NCBI GenBank assembly: GCA_045627905.1
Contig: JAZQOO010000006.1
Span: 6,301 to 70,300 of the forward strand
Source of the DNA: Lachnospiraceae bacterium
GTDB taxonomy: Bacteria; Bacillota; Clostridia; Lachnospirales; Lachnospiraceae
Direction: 5' to 3'
DNA length: 64,000 bases
Made by a program: the position numbers and the translations under genes. Under the pieces are notes generated by a model. That model saw only the letters and a program-made list of their open reading frames with translations. It had not been told where the DNA came from and searched no databases. This document shows, piece by piece, positions 63,213 through 64,000 of the stretch. The stretch's first letter is position 1, and every line of letters begins with the position of its first letter.

Positions 63213-64000
63213 ATGAAAAGTATAAAAAGTGTATACAAAATCGGTAACGGTCCATCAAGCTCACATACTGTTGGTCCATATAATGCAGCATGTATATTTA
63301 AAAAAAGATATAATGATGCAGATGAATATAAGGTTGTATTGTTTGGCTCATTGGCGTACACAGGTGTAGGACATGGAACTGGTAAAGCTATATTGACAGC
63401 GATACCTGAGGCAAAGGTTTTATTTGATACAAAAACAACAGACCTTCCACATCCAAATACAATGAAGTTTACTGCGCTAAAGAATGGAAATGAAGTTGGT
63501 GAAGAAACAATTTTGTCTGTAGGTGGAGGCTCAATCCGTATAGTTGGAGAAGAGCACGAAGAAGACATAGAATTATATATGGAAAAAGACTTTCGCGAGT
63601 TTAGGAAAACGTGTGAAAGAGGCGGAATTACATTAGAACAGTACATATTCTCAAGAGAACCTGATGATTTTAAAGACTATTTAAGAGAAATATGGGCGAC
63701 AATGGAGGATGCTGTAGAGAGGGGTCTGAATGCAGAAGGAATACTGCCAGGAGGATTAGAGGTTGAAAGAAAAGCCAAGAAGCTCCATACAATGAGATGT
63801 CATAATGAATCAGCAGATATAACATTTGAGAGAAAGCTTGCGTCATATGCTTATGCGGTAAGTGAAGAAAATGCTGATGAGCATATTGTTGTAACAGCAC
63901 CAACATGTGGAAGCTGTGGAATAATACCAGCAGTTTTCTATTATATGAAACACGATAAGGGATTTACAGAGGACGAAATAATTAATGGACTTGCGGTTGC
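63213..64000 (+). CDS. sdaA: L-serine ammonia-lyase (iron-sulfur-dependent, fused beta-alpha type); 3' end beyond the window
   Basis: Frame open from the ATG at 63213 to the window end. MKSIKSVYKIGNGPSSSHTVGP N-terminus and the TAPTCGSCGIIPAV alpha-domain motif. Absent from the ORF track because it has no stop in the window. Confidence 0.85.
   Translation, partial: MKSIKSVYKIGNGPSSSHTVGPYNAACIFKKRYNDADEYKVVLFGSLAYTGVGHGTGKAILTAIPEAKVLFDTKTTDLPHPNTMKFTALKNGNEVGEETILSVGGGSIRIVGEEHEEDIELYMEKDFREFRKTCERGGITLEQYIFSREPDDFKDYLREIWATMEDAVERGLNAEGILPGGLEVERKAKKLHTMRCHNESADITFERKLASYAYAVSEENADEHIVVTAPTCGSCGIIPAVFYYMKHDKGFTEDEIINGLAV

Noticed and set aside
63098-63646. 182-aa minus-strand ORF; also similar antisense ORFs at 12583-13026, 15569-15946, 16891-17346, 31627-32091, 34384-34914 and 35277-35771.
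   Set aside because: Each lies entirely antisense to a plus-strand gene with strong family motifs (sdaA, cheB, cheA, cheC/cheD, the FAD subunit gene, the opp permease genes). Their low-complexity Ser/Ile/Leu-rich translations are typical of shadow ORFs.

Overview
The window looks like a low-GC Firmicutes/Clostridia chromosome, Lachnospiraceae-like; this is inferred only from gene content and order. All genes but one are on the + strand. (1) nt 1-23.4 kb is a Bacillus/Clostridium-type fla/che operon: motB (5' partial), fliL, fliM, fliY, cheY, fliO, fliP, fliQ, fliR, flhB, flhA, flhF, flhG, a PilZ gene, cheB, cheA, cheW, cheC, cheD, a sigma-28 gene and fapA. Several uncharacterised low-complexity genes and degV follow, and the block ends at a bidirectional terminator. 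(2) nt 23.5-27.7 kb is an AT-rich accessory patch. It holds a secreted CAP/SCP protein (- strand), decayed RHS/YD and Hint polymorphic-toxin fragments with candidate immunity ORFs, and a membrane acyltransferase. (3) nt 27.7-42.1 kb is metabolic and transport genes: an M18 aminopeptidase, a three-subunit xanthine-dehydrogenase-family molybdoenzyme, an Opp-type peptide ABC importer, a second PilZ protein, an alpha/beta hydrolase, a lipoprotein and a split chromate-transporter pair. (4) nt 42.3-59.1 kb is the most unusual part, a tightly coupled NRPS-like operon that I do not recognise as any characterised cluster. It encodes a carrier-(about 21 single-Cys QQxC[MPM..] repeats)-carrier protein, a condensation domain fused to a cNMP-binding-like domain, a GT2-A-T-C protein, a free carrier protein, an FkbM-type methyltransferase, a free FadD-like adenylating enzyme and two A-T-C proteins. 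No TE, R, MbtH or PPTase gene is present. The operon runs without a break into a polar-amino-acid ABC importer, then sstT and an L-serine dehydratase gene (3' partial). No rRNA, tRNA, CRISPR array or transposase was seen. All functional calls come from reading motifs by eye; no searches were run.
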